From NCBI GenBank assembly GCA_036172245.1, contig JAYWIR010000002.1, forward strand, positions 1 to 64,000: a DNA stretch of 64,000 nucleotides. Direction: 5' to 3'. This DNA is from Raillietiella orientalis. Its lineage: Eukaryota. Numbering within the stretch: position 1 is the first letter of the stretch; every line of letters begins with the position of its first letter. The translations under genes were made by a program, and so were the position numbers. This document shows positions 12,301 through 26,214 of this stretch, piece by piece. Below the pieces are notes generated by a model that did no database searches, was not told the origin of the DNA, and was given only the letters and a program-made list of their open reading frames with translations.

Positions 12301-13734
12301 CCCGGAGCACTCAGCCGAATTGCAGCTCCCACGCAACGACAAAGAATCAGTCAAGAAAGGAGGACGTTCCAAGGAGGATTTCCTTAGAGAGGTGGCTCTT
12401 AGGAGAGTCTACCTACTCGCACGTCGACTGCTGCTGCGTAGTGGGCGGCCTGCTGGGCTTCGAGAGCAGCCCACCGCCTAGCCTTAGGCTGAGTTGTGGA
12501 TCACCTTCATGCTGTCTCTCGTGTGCAGTTCCTGCCGGAGTCGCCGTGAGGTTCGTGTGGGAGGACCTTCGCCGGATGGCGTGCGGCCATTGGTGAGACC
12601 CCATTGGTGAGCGGCAGTGGGCGATGGAGAGCTGGGCTCCATTTCTAGAGATGACTCCCACCTTTTAGAATGCTACAGAGAGTGGGCAGGGAACTTATTG
12701 GTGGGTTTCGAAGGCTCTTTAGAAGCTGTATTCCTCCGAAGAATCTGATTTTTCACCGGAGGGCGCTTCGAGCGAACGCACTCCGAAGCCTCCCACTCCC
12801 CACAGAACACAAAAGAGATGCTTCACTTCTGGAAGGGGGAGAGGGGAGCAGGAGGACGACAACTGCCGAATAGATGAGCTGTAGTGAAGAGGACGCGTAA
12901 CTAGAGAGAAGGGGAATCTCGGAAAGCGCTGAAGGGAGGAAGCGCCATCTTTAGAGGAATCCCAGAGGAGACTTGGGCTGGCAGCGAAAGCACTTGCGCT
13001 CCAGCGATGTGGGTGGCTCTTCATCTGTTTGGGGGTCGGTCGGGAAGCAAAGGGAGACTGCACCCTCCACATGAAAAGGAATCCGGTCGACGCGAAGGAG
13101 ACGAGTGTGACCTCCTGTGTCTTTTCAGAGACCGGCTTCGCCACTTCTGAAACGAAGGAAATTTTTCGCCGAAGATGCTGATGTTTTGGCGCCGATAGGG
13201 AGTTCTCTTGCCTTCGCAGCTTCCTTGACAGGGTAGAGGGTGGAAAGCCGGCGGCAGCTCCGGTCGACTACGCACCCGTCGCTCCGGGGTGCGCGAGGAG
13301 GCGCTGGAATGCTCAGGGTCCTTCACGCGTTCCGATTGGCTTTCGTGTCTCCTGAGCAGCGCGGACCCCTCGCTGTTCTGAGCAGCGGGCTAAGACGCCT
13401 GTCGGAGAGGCGTGGAAGGTTCCTCTCTTTCACTTCACTCCACTTTTTCCTTTCTCTCTGTTTTTGTTTTTGTTTTTTGTTGCCTTCCTGACTGCGGTCC
13501 AATAAGCTGACGGCCGCCGCCGGCCATCCATGTCCTTTCGCCCGGATGGTTTCCTTGAATCTCGCCCGCTGAGGTTCGCACGTGTCTGGATCCGCTGCGG
13601 AATTCCTGGAAGAGCACCGATGACCTCGGTTTGCAAGCCCCAGCCAAAGGACTGCATCGAGTTGTTCACAAGTCTTTTAGGTAAGCTGAGCATGCAGGTA
13701 ATCCCTGGAGCTCGTGCTCTCCCTCTCATATCCC

Positions 13735-14303
13735 CCCTCCCAAAGGAAGCACGATTCTTTGTTCTTCGCATTCCTCTGTGGAAATGTTCCTTGACAGCTG
13801 TCTAAAGGAAGCTGCAAAGAAAAGAAGGAACTGACGCCTCTAGCCTTGGTACCAGGCAGGAGCGTGGCAACGCAACTTCTCAGAGGAAGGAGCGCTCCTG
13901 GTGAGGACAACGGCTCTCCGGTGGCATCGGGTCTCCTTGGGGACGAACTGCTAAGCAGAAGCATCACGTCATCATCGCGAAGCGTGCACTGCGATAGCAT
14001 CACCACGGGAGGGCAGGATTGCGATCACCGTGGTGTGCCCCTTCCACCTCCCATCGATCGGCGCCCGTTTGCAGAGAGTTGCGAACTTTCCGGGTCACGT
14101 GATCCCGGCCCGTGCCGGCATCGGGTTCGAAATAGGCCACGCTTGCCGGAGCACGAAGGAACCTTCCGGAACCAAACACCGGCATCCGCTGGAGGGATGG
14201 GGAGTAGGAGGGGAGGGCCGCTGCTTCTCCCTGGTGTCGGAAGCGCGCAACAGAGCCCCAGAAGCATGCGGGAAGAGATCATGCACCCGGAAGCGGTGAG
14301 CCA
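13735..14303 (-). repeat. Inverted copy of 9130-9300 and 9765-10338
   Basis: Reverse-complement matches to both upstream segments through the shared GAGCGCTCCTTCCTCTGAGA core. Confidence 0.85.
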
Positions 14304-15541
14304 TGCAAGCCCCGTCGATGCGCACATGCCTTGAACGAACTCTTAACAGAGCAGCTTTCGCATCAAAAGAAGCTGAGCGTCCTTCCTGAAGGACACTCCC
14401 AGCTCCGGAGATGCATTTCTTGAAGATGCAAGAATGGTGCATGATCGGGGAGCTGCAAATCTGCAGTTCTTCCGTTCCCGTGCAGCTCATCTTTTGGACT
14501 ATTCTTTTCTCTTGGATTTCTTCCTTGACACTCCTCTTTTCGAGGACAGCTTGCCAGCCCGAACTACTTTGCCTCTTCGATGTAAAGAAAGTGCTGTGCA
14601 GATGACCTCTGACTTTTTAACCCTCAACGCGACACTTCAGTGTTCCTGGACTGTCTTTCTCAACTCGCGCAATAGTCACGCGGCTTCTGGAGTTTCACAC
14701 AAAGCGATTTCCTGCCGGAGGGCAAGTTTTCCTTTGATACGTGTCCCGATCCGCGTGGAGAGTGTAAACATGCGAACTATCTGGGACGACCCTCCGAACA
14801 AACCACGAATGCATACGATTCCTACCCGTATTGCAAAGCCCCGACGCTTCCCTGTTCTCTCCAGGACAGGACTGCCGGTTCACTTCCATCGACATGTGTC
14901 AAAACCTCGAATTCTGAGATCGAACCTTCAGCTGCTGCACGATGGTGGCGTGACATTCGTACGCACAGCGCTGCATGCCTCCCTTTTTTCTTCCTTTACG
15001 GCTTGCCCCATTCCCTCGTCTTCGCATCTCCTTCTTCGTCCTCCACTCCTCTCTCCGACAAGGCCTTGGCCCAAAGATTTCCTCTCTTTCCCTTCCTCCC
15101 TTTTATTCCCCTTCCTCTTCTTCCGGCTCTTCCTGTCCTACTCGAGAGAGCGGCTGGCAGCTCTCCTCACAGGAACCGACCGTAAGCGAGACATCCCAGA
15201 CTCCGGTTTCAGGAAGGAAGGCTCCATCTGCATCCTGCGCTTTTCGCCGAGTACTGAGTCCTCCCGGACAGCTTCCTCAGCGAGGACAGTTGGCGGCCGG
15301 CCCTGCTCCTTCACGAATCGGCGAGAGAGGGCGGAGAGTGGACGGCCGCGCGCCTGCCCAGGGAACATCGAATGAGACTCCGCCGGTGCCTCTGCTGCCC
15401 TTCTGTTCTCCCTGTCCCTCCCCCCTACCTCCTCCCGGCACGGACCTCTCCCCGCGCGCAGTAGTCTGAGCCTCCCTTGCCGTCCATGCGGTCCGGCGGC
15501 GGTCGCGCATCCTCGGAGGACTCCTCGTAGAGGTCCCGTCC

Positions 15542-15761
15542 ATGGCCAGAGCGTCCTCTACGGCGGGGCGCATCCGCCACTACCTGCGCATATTTGTGGC
15601 CCACCTCTTCAGCCATGTGGGCCTCTGTGGCCTAGTGGTCGGCTATTCCATCATGGGCGCCTTCCTGTTCGAGAGGATCGAGGCGGACTTCGAGCTGCAG
15701 CAAAGGAGGAGGATGGCAGTGTCCCGGGCGAAGTGTCTCCAGGACCTCTGGAACATCACAG
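15542..15761 (+). CDS. Two-pore-domain (K2P/TWK-type) potassium channel, exon 1 (M1 helix and cap)
   Basis: MARASS...HLFSHVGLCGLVVGYSIMGAFLFERIE...LWNIT, followed by a phase-1 donor G|GTGGGG. The start codon is tentative; an upstream exon is possible. Confidence 0.85.
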
Positions 15762-17911
15762 GTGGGGCAGGAGCGGGGAGACTCCAAGGGTTTCGCGGCG
15801 GCGATGCGTGAGGCTGCCTTCAGCAGCCCTTCCCCTCTGCGCGGGAGGAAGAGGTCGGGTGAGGAAGGCCGAAGGTTCCTCCCGCTCTTCCTTTCCTTCC
15901 CCTCTCGCGCATCCCCAGCGCGCTCCTTTAGACCAGCTCCCCCCTCTCCAGGGAGATGGGAACGGCGAAACACGAGGGAGGAGTCCGCTCTGGAGCCAAG
16001 AGTTGCGTCGTGTCGCGGTCCGCTCCGGAAAAAACTGGGAACGAGGAGAGAGAGCCATCGGGGCGGTCTGGAAGGACCCCTTTGTTCCCCTCCCCCTCTT
16101 AACTGCTGGAAGCGCGAGACTTCCCTGCAAGAAGGCTCTCCCTGAGAGGGGTAGAGGATACGAGCGAGGGGGAGCGGAAGGGAGGCCATCCCACCTCTTC
16201 CGTCGAGTGGGGATCGAATTACCTGGCAACGATAGAACTGTCGATCAGGCAGAAAAAGGGGAGGGAGGGGCTAGGTATCCCAGAACCACCGGACACGAGG
16301 AGGGGAGGAAGACCATCCTTCGGGAACCAACGCGGCGAGCGCGAGGGTTGGAGGAGGAGAGTCGACAGGACCACCGCGATCCATGACTCTCCGCGGAATC
16401 CCCAAGAACGCCGGGGACGCCTCACTCCTTGGAACTTCTTTACTCACCCCCGAGCTGGGAAGGGCTGGTCCCTGCGAACTTGGGAGCCTCCCGCCTCCTA
16501 CGCCCATCCCTCTGCGGAAGGGGGCTATGTACGCAGCTTCGAGACGGGGTCAGGGATGGACAGTCCCTCCCTCTTGCTCCCTTTAGAATGGCCCTTTCCT
16601 CGCTCCCCCTACGAGAGATGTTACTCGTTCCCGTACGCCCGAATCGGGGAGTGCTCTCAGGGAAGACAGGGAGTCCACCGGGTGAAGGAAGTTAGTCGAG
16701 GTCTCCTGCGGGACCCTGTGGAAACCCTGTCCGCAGCGCTTCCCGATCTCTCACGGAGGCACGAAAAGAATCGGCTACCGATTCAAACAATCCCAGGTTC
16801 GCCTCCCGGTTCCCGAAGGAGCTTGCCGCTTCCCGATAAGGAGTCCAAATCCGGGATGAGAGGGAGCAGAGCGGTTTCGGGAACTTGATGGACCATTCAC
16901 GACACCCCTTCCCCTCGCTGTCCCCACCCTCACGCAAGCAGGCGCAGCCCATCCTCCAGTAAAGGCAAATCACGAGGGTGAGCGGTCCTCGACAAACCCG
17001 TCGCTCCGCCTGCTTCGTGAAGAAGAGGGGAAGGAGAGGAGGGAGACAACCCAGCATCTCGCGGTCTGCTGCTAGGCTGCGGAGCCCTGCCGGGAGGGCA
17101 CTTCCTTTCAGAGAAGCCCCCTAGAACCCCATCCAGGAGGATCCTCTGCCTCACCCTGTTCCTTCCCCTTATCTCGTGCCTTCTCCAGAGAGCTCTGGGG
17201 AGTACTGAGCGTTCCGGGTGCTCGGAGGATCTTCCAGACGGAGCGCCGACCCAGCAGTCTCCTCCTCTTCCCTGCTGCCGTCCCCCGTTCGCCACGAGGA
17301 AGAACCGCAGATCTGCCTATGAGAGATATTCGCTCAGCATCCTGAGGAGTGGGTTTCTTCGCGCCAGGTGCCGAGTCCGTAAGGGAAAAAGCTCTCCCGG
17401 GAATCCGGTCAGAGAAGGAGCGCGGAAGCGGCGCAAGCACCCTCGAAACGGCCCTCTTTCGGGGATACGAGAACGATTACCAGGGGTGGGAGGGTATCGC
17501 CGCGGTTTGCAAACACCTTATTAGCCCCCATTTTTTTCACCACACATCCTATTCAGTCTTCCTCCCTCTCTGAGAGGGAAGAGAGAGAGATGGAAGGTCA
17601 CCCACCTCCCTCCGCTTGAGTAAGTCTCTGCCTCAGCGGTGGGAGCCGGGGAGGAAGGAGCCCGAAGCGCATTTTCCCTCCCAAGCGACGACGGCTCGGG
17701 AACAGACGCTCCTCTCCTTCTCTTCCTGAGGCCCCTCGAGGGGGTGAAACCGGGGACGTCCTCGGTCGTCGGAAGAGACAGGACGAGAGGTCTCCCCCTT
17801 CCCCTCCGCAGTCCGTGGAGGTCCAGCAAGGTCGGAGTGACGCTCCCCTCTTCCCTCGCGCAGGACCCGGGCGGGTGATCCGGACTCTCAATGACGCACC
17901 GTTTCTACCAG

Positions 17912-18100
17912 AGTCCCTGAACATCCTGTACGAGGAGAGGTGGAAGGCCCTGGTCAGGACCCGTCTGAAGACGTTCGAGACCGGCGTCCTGCAGGCGGCA
18001 AAGAACGACGGGTACGACGGGAAAGAGCCCGAGGACACCGAGCGCCAGTGGGCCTTCAGCGGCTCCCTGCTGTACTCGGTGACCATCATCACGACCATAG
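17912..18100 (+). CDS. K2P potassium channel, exon 2 (cap and pore helix 1)
   Basis: Acceptor TTTCTACCAG; encodes ESLNILYEERW...QWAFSGSLLYSVTIITTIG; donor G|GTGAGC. Phases match exons 1 and 3. Confidence 0.92.
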
Positions 18101-21100
18101 GTGAGCCCTGGGGACACGTCTCAGACGGGACGAGCGAAGTTCACCGGGTAGCGAGTAGGGGGGGCTGGCTACCTCTCCGTCCGTCGTGGTCACGTGTGGG
18201 AGCCTCCCTGTCCCTACCCACGGCACCTCTACGCCCGCAAGACCCCGACCCTTCATCCCTCTTCCTTGCCATCCTTCTCCCCTCTCTTCCGGAAGGGGAG
18301 AGCGAGGGTCCGGAACACGAGTTTCCGGACCCATCTCGCCCTGACGGGCAGCTGGGCTTGCTCTGCCTCCCCCCCGACCGGGAACGAGCAAGCCTAGCCC
18401 TGGCTCGCCCGACTCCACTGCTCCGAACCGATTCCCCCCCCCCCCCCCCCTCTCTGCCGTCTATGGGATGACGGCCGGACGCCTGTCCTTCCCTAGATTC
18501 TGCATTGCGAGCATCCCCCGTCCCGACCCCTTTCTCTGGGAAAGCGGCGTGGAGCACCCCGCGGCGACTGTTGCCCGTGAACGGGAAGAAGGAACAGGAA
18601 AGGACGCTCGATGAGCCTCCGCTCCTTTTTGATCGTGCTACGATCTGCTTCCAATTACTCCGAAGGGAGGATGCTGGAGACGGATAAGAGGTGATGGATC
18701 GGCGGGGGATGCGCTGAAGTGGGGGGATCGGCTTGACAGGAAGAGGAGAGGGGGGGGGGAACTTTTTCTCCTCTTCCTCCCTCCCTTCACTCTTTCGTCC
18801 TCAACCGATCGCTGCAGCTCCCCCATGGTCCGGGAGAAACGGTGCGCGCTCGTCGGCCCTCCCACGCGGCCCCGCGCAAGCAGCAGCAACGGAAGCGCGG
18901 GTGCAGGACTAGCAAACCTTGCCGGAATTCTCTTCCCTCCCTCTTCCTCGATTTCCTCCGCACTCTTCCTGTGTCTTCTGGCCAGGACGACATGCTTGTT
19001 ATCCTTTCTTCCCTGGGAGAGGGATACCCTGAGATCTGGAGCACACTCCCTGATTGCGATCCGACACGCCCCACCCCTGTCTCGGTCTCCCACACCTACG
19101 CCGTTGCTGCAGCGACTGTCAGCGCCGCGCGAGCCATTCCGAGGGGCGGTCATTCTCTGGGAAGGGGGGAGAGAGGAAGTTCGGAATCTCTTAGCTGTGA
19201 GGACAGAGATCAGGGCCCTTCCTCCCACGGGAGTCAGTGAGAAAACAAGTCCCGTGAACGCCAGCCGACCGACCGACCCCTTGCCGTGTCCCTCTTCCTC
19301 CCCCGCAGGCGCTCCCCCTTCGATGATTCCCGTTCCATTCCAAAGCGGACCCGGGCACCTCCGTCTCGCAAGGGAGCGGAAAAACGGAGGCAGTGTAGCT
19401 GTTCCTGGGGAGGAGGGAGCAGCCCATCTCCAGGGAGGGCGCGATGGACAGGAAGCCCAACCCGTGCAGGCGGGATCCGGGTGGGTGGATCGCCCTCCGG
19501 ACCCAGAACCAGGGGAAGCGGCGACGGCCCCCGCCCTTGGCCAGCTCCTGAGCCTCACGAACGATCGCCAAGGCATGTCGCCAAGCGGCGCGCCACCAGC
19601 GTGGGCGCTCCAGCAGAGAATGCGCGCGGACCGCGAAGGAACTGCCTCTCTCCCTGCCCTTCCTTTTGCGCCGGAAGGGGCGAGGGTGGATGAGGGAGTG
19701 GGGCGAGCAGCTCGGAAGAACCGACGCCGACGCCGAGGGACGTCAGCGGGGGGAGCATCTACTGCTCGAACAGAGGGAAGGACCCCAAACCCATCCTGAA
19801 GACCGGAAGGTGGGGTGGCGGATGGTGGCGGAGTAGGCGATGAGGATGACCAGGTGTCTGGAAGACCCCCGTCTCTCAGGATGGGCGGGAGACCAGAAGT
19901 CCTCCGCCCTTCTTCCTCGCCTCACGGTCCTGATGGCGTTGCGGAGAGCTACCTTTCCTAGAGAGCCTCCGGCTTACAGGAAGGACGGCAGCAGTGCCGC
20001 AGAGAGAGAGGAGTGAAGTCCGGAGATGGTAGGATGCTGCCCTCGTGTCCAACCTGCATCCGCGGGACGTGGAATCCCCCTGCCCGTTCGGTCTCCGCCT
20101 CCAGGAAAAGCATTGCCGGGAGCAGCGACACCTGGCTCGCTCGACTCGCCGGAGGGGACGCCCACAGTTCAAGTGAGACGGGGGAAGGCGATGACGCGCC
20201 CTCCCGCCCGGGGGAGTGTCGCGGATGCGCAGTTCGAAGGAACGCGGCGCCTGCGAGTGGGGGCCGGCTGCGGCGTGTGGGTTGCCTCACTTTACGCGCC
20301 ATCTGGTGACGTGGGGCGCGTCCTTCGTCCTCCCTGCCTCCCTCTCCCTTTTTCCTTTCTCTCTCTCTCTCACTCTCCACGACGGACCGGACCGTCGCCC
20401 GCGATCCGGACGAATTGCAACGCGGAGCCCCGCTGATACGAAACGCAGGACCAGCAGTGCAAGGGGGACACATGTGCTTTTCTTTCGGCACCAGGATCTG
20501 CTCCCGCTACTCGGGAGCGCCCTTTGTTCCTTTTGCGCTCCCCTGAGAATGAAGTGGGGAAGCAGCAGCATGGTTCTCTTTCACTCCGCTCGCCGTCTGT
20601 CCAGCCGGGAAAGAACCGGTAGTGCGCCGGGGGTTCAGAGGGAAATTCAGGGCTCGGAAGAACGTGCTAGAAAGGGGTAGTGAACCACTCGCCTTCTTCT
20701 ACCAAGACCGATTTGTGAAGGGGACGGAAGAGGACCCCTGGTCGCCTCCTATCCAGAGTGCATCTGGAGTCCCGGAGGCACGAATTCTGGTGCCTCACAT
20801 CCGGCATCCAATGAAAGGACACAGCAGACTTTAATCTCTTCGCCTCCTGGACTAATACGTTCTCTCCCGTAGGTTCGCTTTCCTGCGTTCGCTTTCGTAC
20901 TTCCGTTTGCCTTTCGCAGTTAGCGCTCCCGTTCCCTACCGCGTGGCCACCTCGTGATCTCGCCGGGAATTTTTGGCATTGAGGCGGATCATCCGTCGTC
21001 CACGACCTCACTCGACGCCTCGGGAAGCTGAGTCCGCCGCTGCAGCATCTCCTCCAAAATCACAGCCCTCTTGGGGATGGATTCTTCGAATTCTCCTCTG

Positions 21101-24100
21101 ACGCATCTGTGCCTACGACCAACGACGCGGTGAACGACGATCCTTCTGCAGGGCGGCGGTAACGGTTGCAAGTCCCTGCTGATACATCTACCCTTCCTCC
21201 TGCGTTCCTGTGGAAGATCCGTCTCTCCTTCCTCGTCCCTCAATGACCTTCTTGCCCCCCCTTCCCCCTTTCCACGGGCATATCCCCGCACCGCTCGACC
21301 TGCCGTAGCGACGGCGCTCCCCGTACTGTCGTGCGTTTCCACGAGGCAATCCGCACGATCGGAAGCAAAGTGGCGGCAAGGAGACTGGACTCAGGGTACT
21401 CGAGCCAACCTCGAAGAGGGTAGGGAGATGAAGGATCATCAGTTCTGCAGGCATGGGATGAATTTCTCCCCTCCCCCTTTTTTGTTTTTTTTATTATTTT
21501 GCTGGTTGCGGTTGCCGTTTGCATATTTTTGCTTCCTCGGAAACTCCTGGCTCTTGGTTTCCATGAACGCACGGAGATGCTGGGCGTCGCCGCCGCCCGG
21601 AACGCCAGCTGCACGAAGAAAAATTGACGAAAACAAGACGGCCCCATTGAGAAGTTCCCCACCCACCCCAGGCAAAGGCAGCCGGAGCGAAGTTTCTTCC
21701 TGAGAAGAGAATCCTCTGTACCCTTCCGGGAATCTACGAGCCGCGCCTCGTTGTTGAGGACCACCGGACGGAAAACGGTCCGGACGGACAAGAAAATCGG
21801 ATTTCGGCGGGAGCGAGGGGGAAGTCTCCGTTTCGCGGATGGGTGCAGTGGACGACGACCTGGGCGCGAGGCGTCTCCGGGAGAATGCAGAGCTTGAGGT
21901 GGTAGCGCCCGGTGACCGCCGCCGCTCCCGGAAAACGCACTTCCCGAGATGACGGGAAGCTTGCTCGAGAGCAGTGAACGGAGGAGCCAGAATTCCTGCC
22001 TTCCAGGATCAGCGCACGCGCCGAAAGACTCCGCCTTAAGGCGAGATCTCCGGCCGTTCCGTCCCGTTCCTCTTGGCTAAAGGCAGCGCCCCAGAACGGG
22101 GGAAAAGCGAACCTCGCTCTGAGGAGGAGGCGGTCTGCACCAGAGTACCCCAATTCTATCCCCTCCTTCCCACCCATCGGACGCACCGCAGCACGTGACA
22201 CGGGACTGGTCGCTCGAGCAGGAAGCAGGGTGGATGCTGTGATCGTGTGCTCCCGTCCTGCGCTGTCCATTCCTTCACGGGAGGAGGAGAAGCAGGGTAC
22301 ATCGCGCGGACGCCCCTGAGGGGTACGCACAACCTAAGGTCAAGTCGGGTTCCTCCCTCCGTCGGAGAGTCCCGTCCCCGGCGGCCTCACCCGTCCATGA
22401 GTCTTCCCTCACGAAAGGGGCGAGTCGGCCAGAGACGGTGAGAGAACTCCGTGGCACGCAGGGCATCCGCTGACCACCCTCCTCGCAGAGTCCCACGCGT
22501 CACTTAGTAAGATGCTGGGATCTGGCGCGTTCGCCACCAGTGCATTTCCTCCCGGTTCACGGCCTCTCCGTGGCGGAAGAACCGAAGAGGTCTTTCTGAC
22601 GCCGCATTTTGCTTAGGGAAGCCGCAGGTCACCCCCCAGTGAAGCGCCCTCCCGTGTATGAAGAAGTGGGAGGGGGAGGGCAAAAGTCTTCAAGAATTCT
22701 GGTCAGGAGCTTCAGACTCGCACCTTTCGCTTTTCTTGTATGCTGGAGGACGACTCCCTCCCGTGTAACCAGGGACGAAAAATGTGGTGCTTCGCAGGGA
22801 CCTTCGTGGAGACGGAAAGCGATGGTCGCACTTGCATCCCGGTTGCCAGGAAGCTCGGAGAAGGGCGTTTCATCCGTTTCCTGTTCTTTCCTTCGCGAGT
22901 GACTCCGAGAGTGCCGCGCTGCTTTCGAATGCGCTGACTGATCTCGGTAGCAATCTCCAAAACCGTCCCAAAACATCCTTGGACCCGCTCTGGACTCCGA
23001 TCACTTTTCAGGGAGACCCGCGCGAATGAAACGGCAGAAGGTCCAATAGCCGAGCACCGCGATGTGTACGACCATTTTCCGCACACGACTCTCCGGTCAC
23101 CGATGACGTACCGAATCAAGAGGAGGATAGTGCTTTCTCCCATGAGAAGAGGACACCCTTTTCCTCAGAGCACGCTCTCAGACACTTCGCCCCCTTCCTC
23201 GGTCTGCAACTTCGCGAGATCGAAAACGAATGATGTGAAAGAAGAAGAAAAAATCACCATCGGCGCGCCTTTTCCGGAAGGCCATTCGCGAGCGAAGTAT
23301 CTCCGCGAGGAAGATTGTGCGGTGGGCAGTCGCATGCTGCGTGCTGAGGCCCCTCCAGCTACGCTGCCGACGAAGCCACGGCGGTTCCTCACTGAGCTCA
23401 GCCACGGAAGGAACTCGGCTCCAGAGCTCTTCCTGCGCCACAGCGAGTTTGGCGCAATTTATTCTTGCAGCTTAGGTATTTCTCTTCGATAAACCAATGA
23501 CGAGTAATAAAAAAGAGCTGGAATGGGCAGGAGGGGAGAGTGGCATCAAAGGAAACGAGAGCCCTCGATGGAGATGGAAAGAAGTTACTGGTGAATAAAT
23601 CTGTCAGAGATGAGATCGTGAAAGCACTCTCTTTGGTAGAGAAATACACGGGATCGCCCGATAAGGAAGATCAGCGATTCCTCTTTGTTTTCTTTTTTTT
23701 TTTTGGCTTTCTCGTTCCTCTCCGAGAAACTGTCGCTGATGAGGAAGCCCGCTCAACGCGGATCGGAGACGATCTGTCTGTTTTGACTGCGGTCTTGCAT
23801 GCCCACCAGATATCGACTGACTCCGGCGTGAATCCGGCGGAACGCCATGTTGCGTCGATGGCGAGAAATCCGCGCTCGTGCGGAACGCGTCATTAAAATC
23901 CAAAAAAAAATAATGTGCAGAAAAGAGCTCTGGCACCACTGCCACTTGAAGCAGGGCGTTCGATCCCAATTTAGGGAAATTTCTTTGCAATCTTCAGCTG
24001 CTCGGTCCTGAAATGGGGTTGCTACGATGGGACCCTGGGGACTTCACGCAGCCAGTGAATTCTTTTGGGTTTTTTGCTTCTTCTTCTTCTTAAAAGGACC

Positions 24101-24189
24101 AGTAGCGACCAGGGAAGATCGTTATTATTGACCTAGGATGGAAGGAATCCCTCAGGGTTCTTTTGTTTTCGCTGCTTTCCTTCCACCTT

Positions 24190-24907
24190 TTTTTGTTCTT
24201 TTTTGGTTCGCCAAGTGCTGAAAAACCGTCCGCTTCCTCAGAGGGAGCTCACAAAGCTCTTGAGCGCTGTCCACGTCACCCGAGGGGGCATGTGACTCTT
24301 CAAGTTACAGGGGGTAAACCTGGAGTGGCCACCCTATGAATCCAAGAAGCTCCGGGCGAAGGAGTCCGTTCCTATTATGCTTGACAGAGAACCCTGAAGA
24401 GCACACTCTCCCTGGTTGTCTCCGAAGGGAACCCCTAAAAGAGCCTCTTCCTCATTCCTCATTCGCTTCTCACTTCTTCTCCGTCGGGAACCCGCAAGGG
24501 AACTGCTCCCTGTTGCTCCTCTGAAGAGAACCCCGAATTCCCAATTTCTCTGGGGGGCGCCTCCCCAAAAGGGGTAGCGCGCTTCTGACACTCTGGAGAG
24601 GCATCAACCAGCTCCATGGTACGCGATACAATGTGGCCCCATTTTCACAACCGGTTGGGAACTCCGAAGGGGACCGGCTCGTTTGTTTTGGGAGGATCCC
24701 AGATGGTCAACTTCCAATCCCGGTCAGCCAAGAGAGGCTTTCAGCTTCCACCAATCACTGAGGCATACAGGCCAACCAGAGTCATCTCGAGGGGGGGGCT
24801 CCAAACCCACGACGCGCGTCCCATTTCTCGGAGTGTCGATCCTTCCGCGGACGGGATTCGAAGCGCTTGGTGCTGCCGCGCGCGGTGGCCGCAGCCACAC
24901 GGCCGCC
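24190..24907 (-). mobile_element. tRNA-derived SINE, copy 2 (near full length, ~0.7 kb, A-rich tail), inside K2P intron 2
   Basis: Colinear with 60392-61100; both carry GACACTCTGGAGAG.CATCAACCAGCTCCATGGTACGCGAT. Degenerate B-box at 24853-24863 and a T-rich run on the + strand at the 3' end. Confidence 0.8.
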
Positions 24908-26180
24908 AGCCCGGGCAAACGCTGGTTTCTTTGTGTGCGCGTGCGAAAGGCCAGCATCGACCTCCCGAAAAGATCGTTCCTATCCATGATGAAAGTCTTG
25001 TGGGCTCTTCCATCTGATCCTTTCTCCTCCCAGCTTCTGTTTTTTCGGTTTTCCTTCTTTTTCGGCTCCCAAGAAGTACTCAGGAACAGTTCGACTCCCG
25101 GGGGCCTTGGAGCGGCTCGACGATGCTGCCACACGCGGGTTCACAATTCCCTTAAAGCAAGGTCACGCCACCCGGAGGTGCTGCAACTCAGCCAGGGAGA
25201 AACCTCAAAGGGACCACCCTAACTAATCCAGGAATGCTCCGAGGGTGCAATCTCTCCCTCTTGTCGTCTCCGAATGCTTTCGGTTCTTCGTGTGTCACTT
25301 CACGTGCGCATGCGTGTTTTCCGCTCGTGAAACCGTCATGGTCTCGCAACCAGGACCACTTTCGGAAAGGCTGAGGAAACGAGATAATCACACAGGGGGC
25401 ATCGGCCAGCGTGTCTACGAGCTGCCTATGCGCGTAGCGGACAGCGCACCACCCCGGCGCCTGCGCAGTTCGCAAGCTGCCGAACGAGACATTGTGCGCA
25501 CCGTGCAACCGCGGAGTTATTATTAAATGCCACTTCGTCGCATTTATTTATTTTTTTTCTGCCATAAAGTCGCACGAGTTTGTTTCACGTGGAAGTTTGA
25601 CACGCATCTGGAGTTACAGAAAGCATACTTTTGAGAATGCTTCTCTGAGAAACAAAGTTTCGGCTGAGGGAACTCTTCCTCCTTCGAAGAACGGACAGCA
25701 GTATCTGCTTTTCCCATTCCTAGTCATGATCAGTGACGCTTTGCTCTTCCCACTACGTGGCTCTGTCCGAATACTCAGCGGATAACATGTGTAACGTTAA
25801 TGAGCTGCGAAGATGAGGAACACATTGGAAAATGAAAGGATGGTATCATGGTATGATGCTCTTTGCTTGGTGAAAGCAAGCCGAAGAAATGCTCTCATCG
25901 TGGATCCATTAAGCGATTGCGATGCTGCGGCCCTGTCTTCCGTCATCATCAGCGCTGCTCCAGCTTCCGCAGCAGTTTCCGTGCTTCTGTGCAAATCATA
26001 CGGGGGTTGAAGAAATCTTAGCAAGGGAGACTCTTAAGAGGAGATTCGAAATACTCATGCAAGCTACTCCTTGCCTTCGGTCACTAGGCACTAGATAGTC
26101 TTGGATCTCGGCAGGTCATTTCCTGCTTGAAACTGGAAATCTACTGTTTGCCTTAAAACAGCATAAATACGCTTAACCCC

Positions 26181-26214
26181 CGTATAACGCGGGTATTCCG
26201 TTCCGCGTTATACG
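26181..26214. repeat. Perfect 12-bp inverted repeat, possibly the remnant end of a Tigger/pogo-like MITE
   Basis: CGTATAACGCGG-N10-CCGCGTTATACG is directly visible. The MITE interpretation rests on recalled resemblance only. Confidence 0.45.

Noticed and set aside
14400-14950. Possible LINE endonuclease remnant on the - strand (also RT-like traces at ~2850-3100 and ~57560-58100)
   Set aside because: Only faint motif echoes such as ENREASGLCNT; too weak to list without an alignment.
18433-18450. C18 homopolymer, and T/A runs such as 31544-31568
   Set aside because: Simple sequence with no supporting context.
1-25500. Hundreds of overlapping 60-340 aa ORFs, e.g. 11562..12596, 14434..15375, 18825..19799
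   Set aside because: Arg/Pro/Ser/Gly-rich frames on all six phases are expected in GC-rich DNA. They show no recognisable domains apart from the two K2P exons and LINE remnants.
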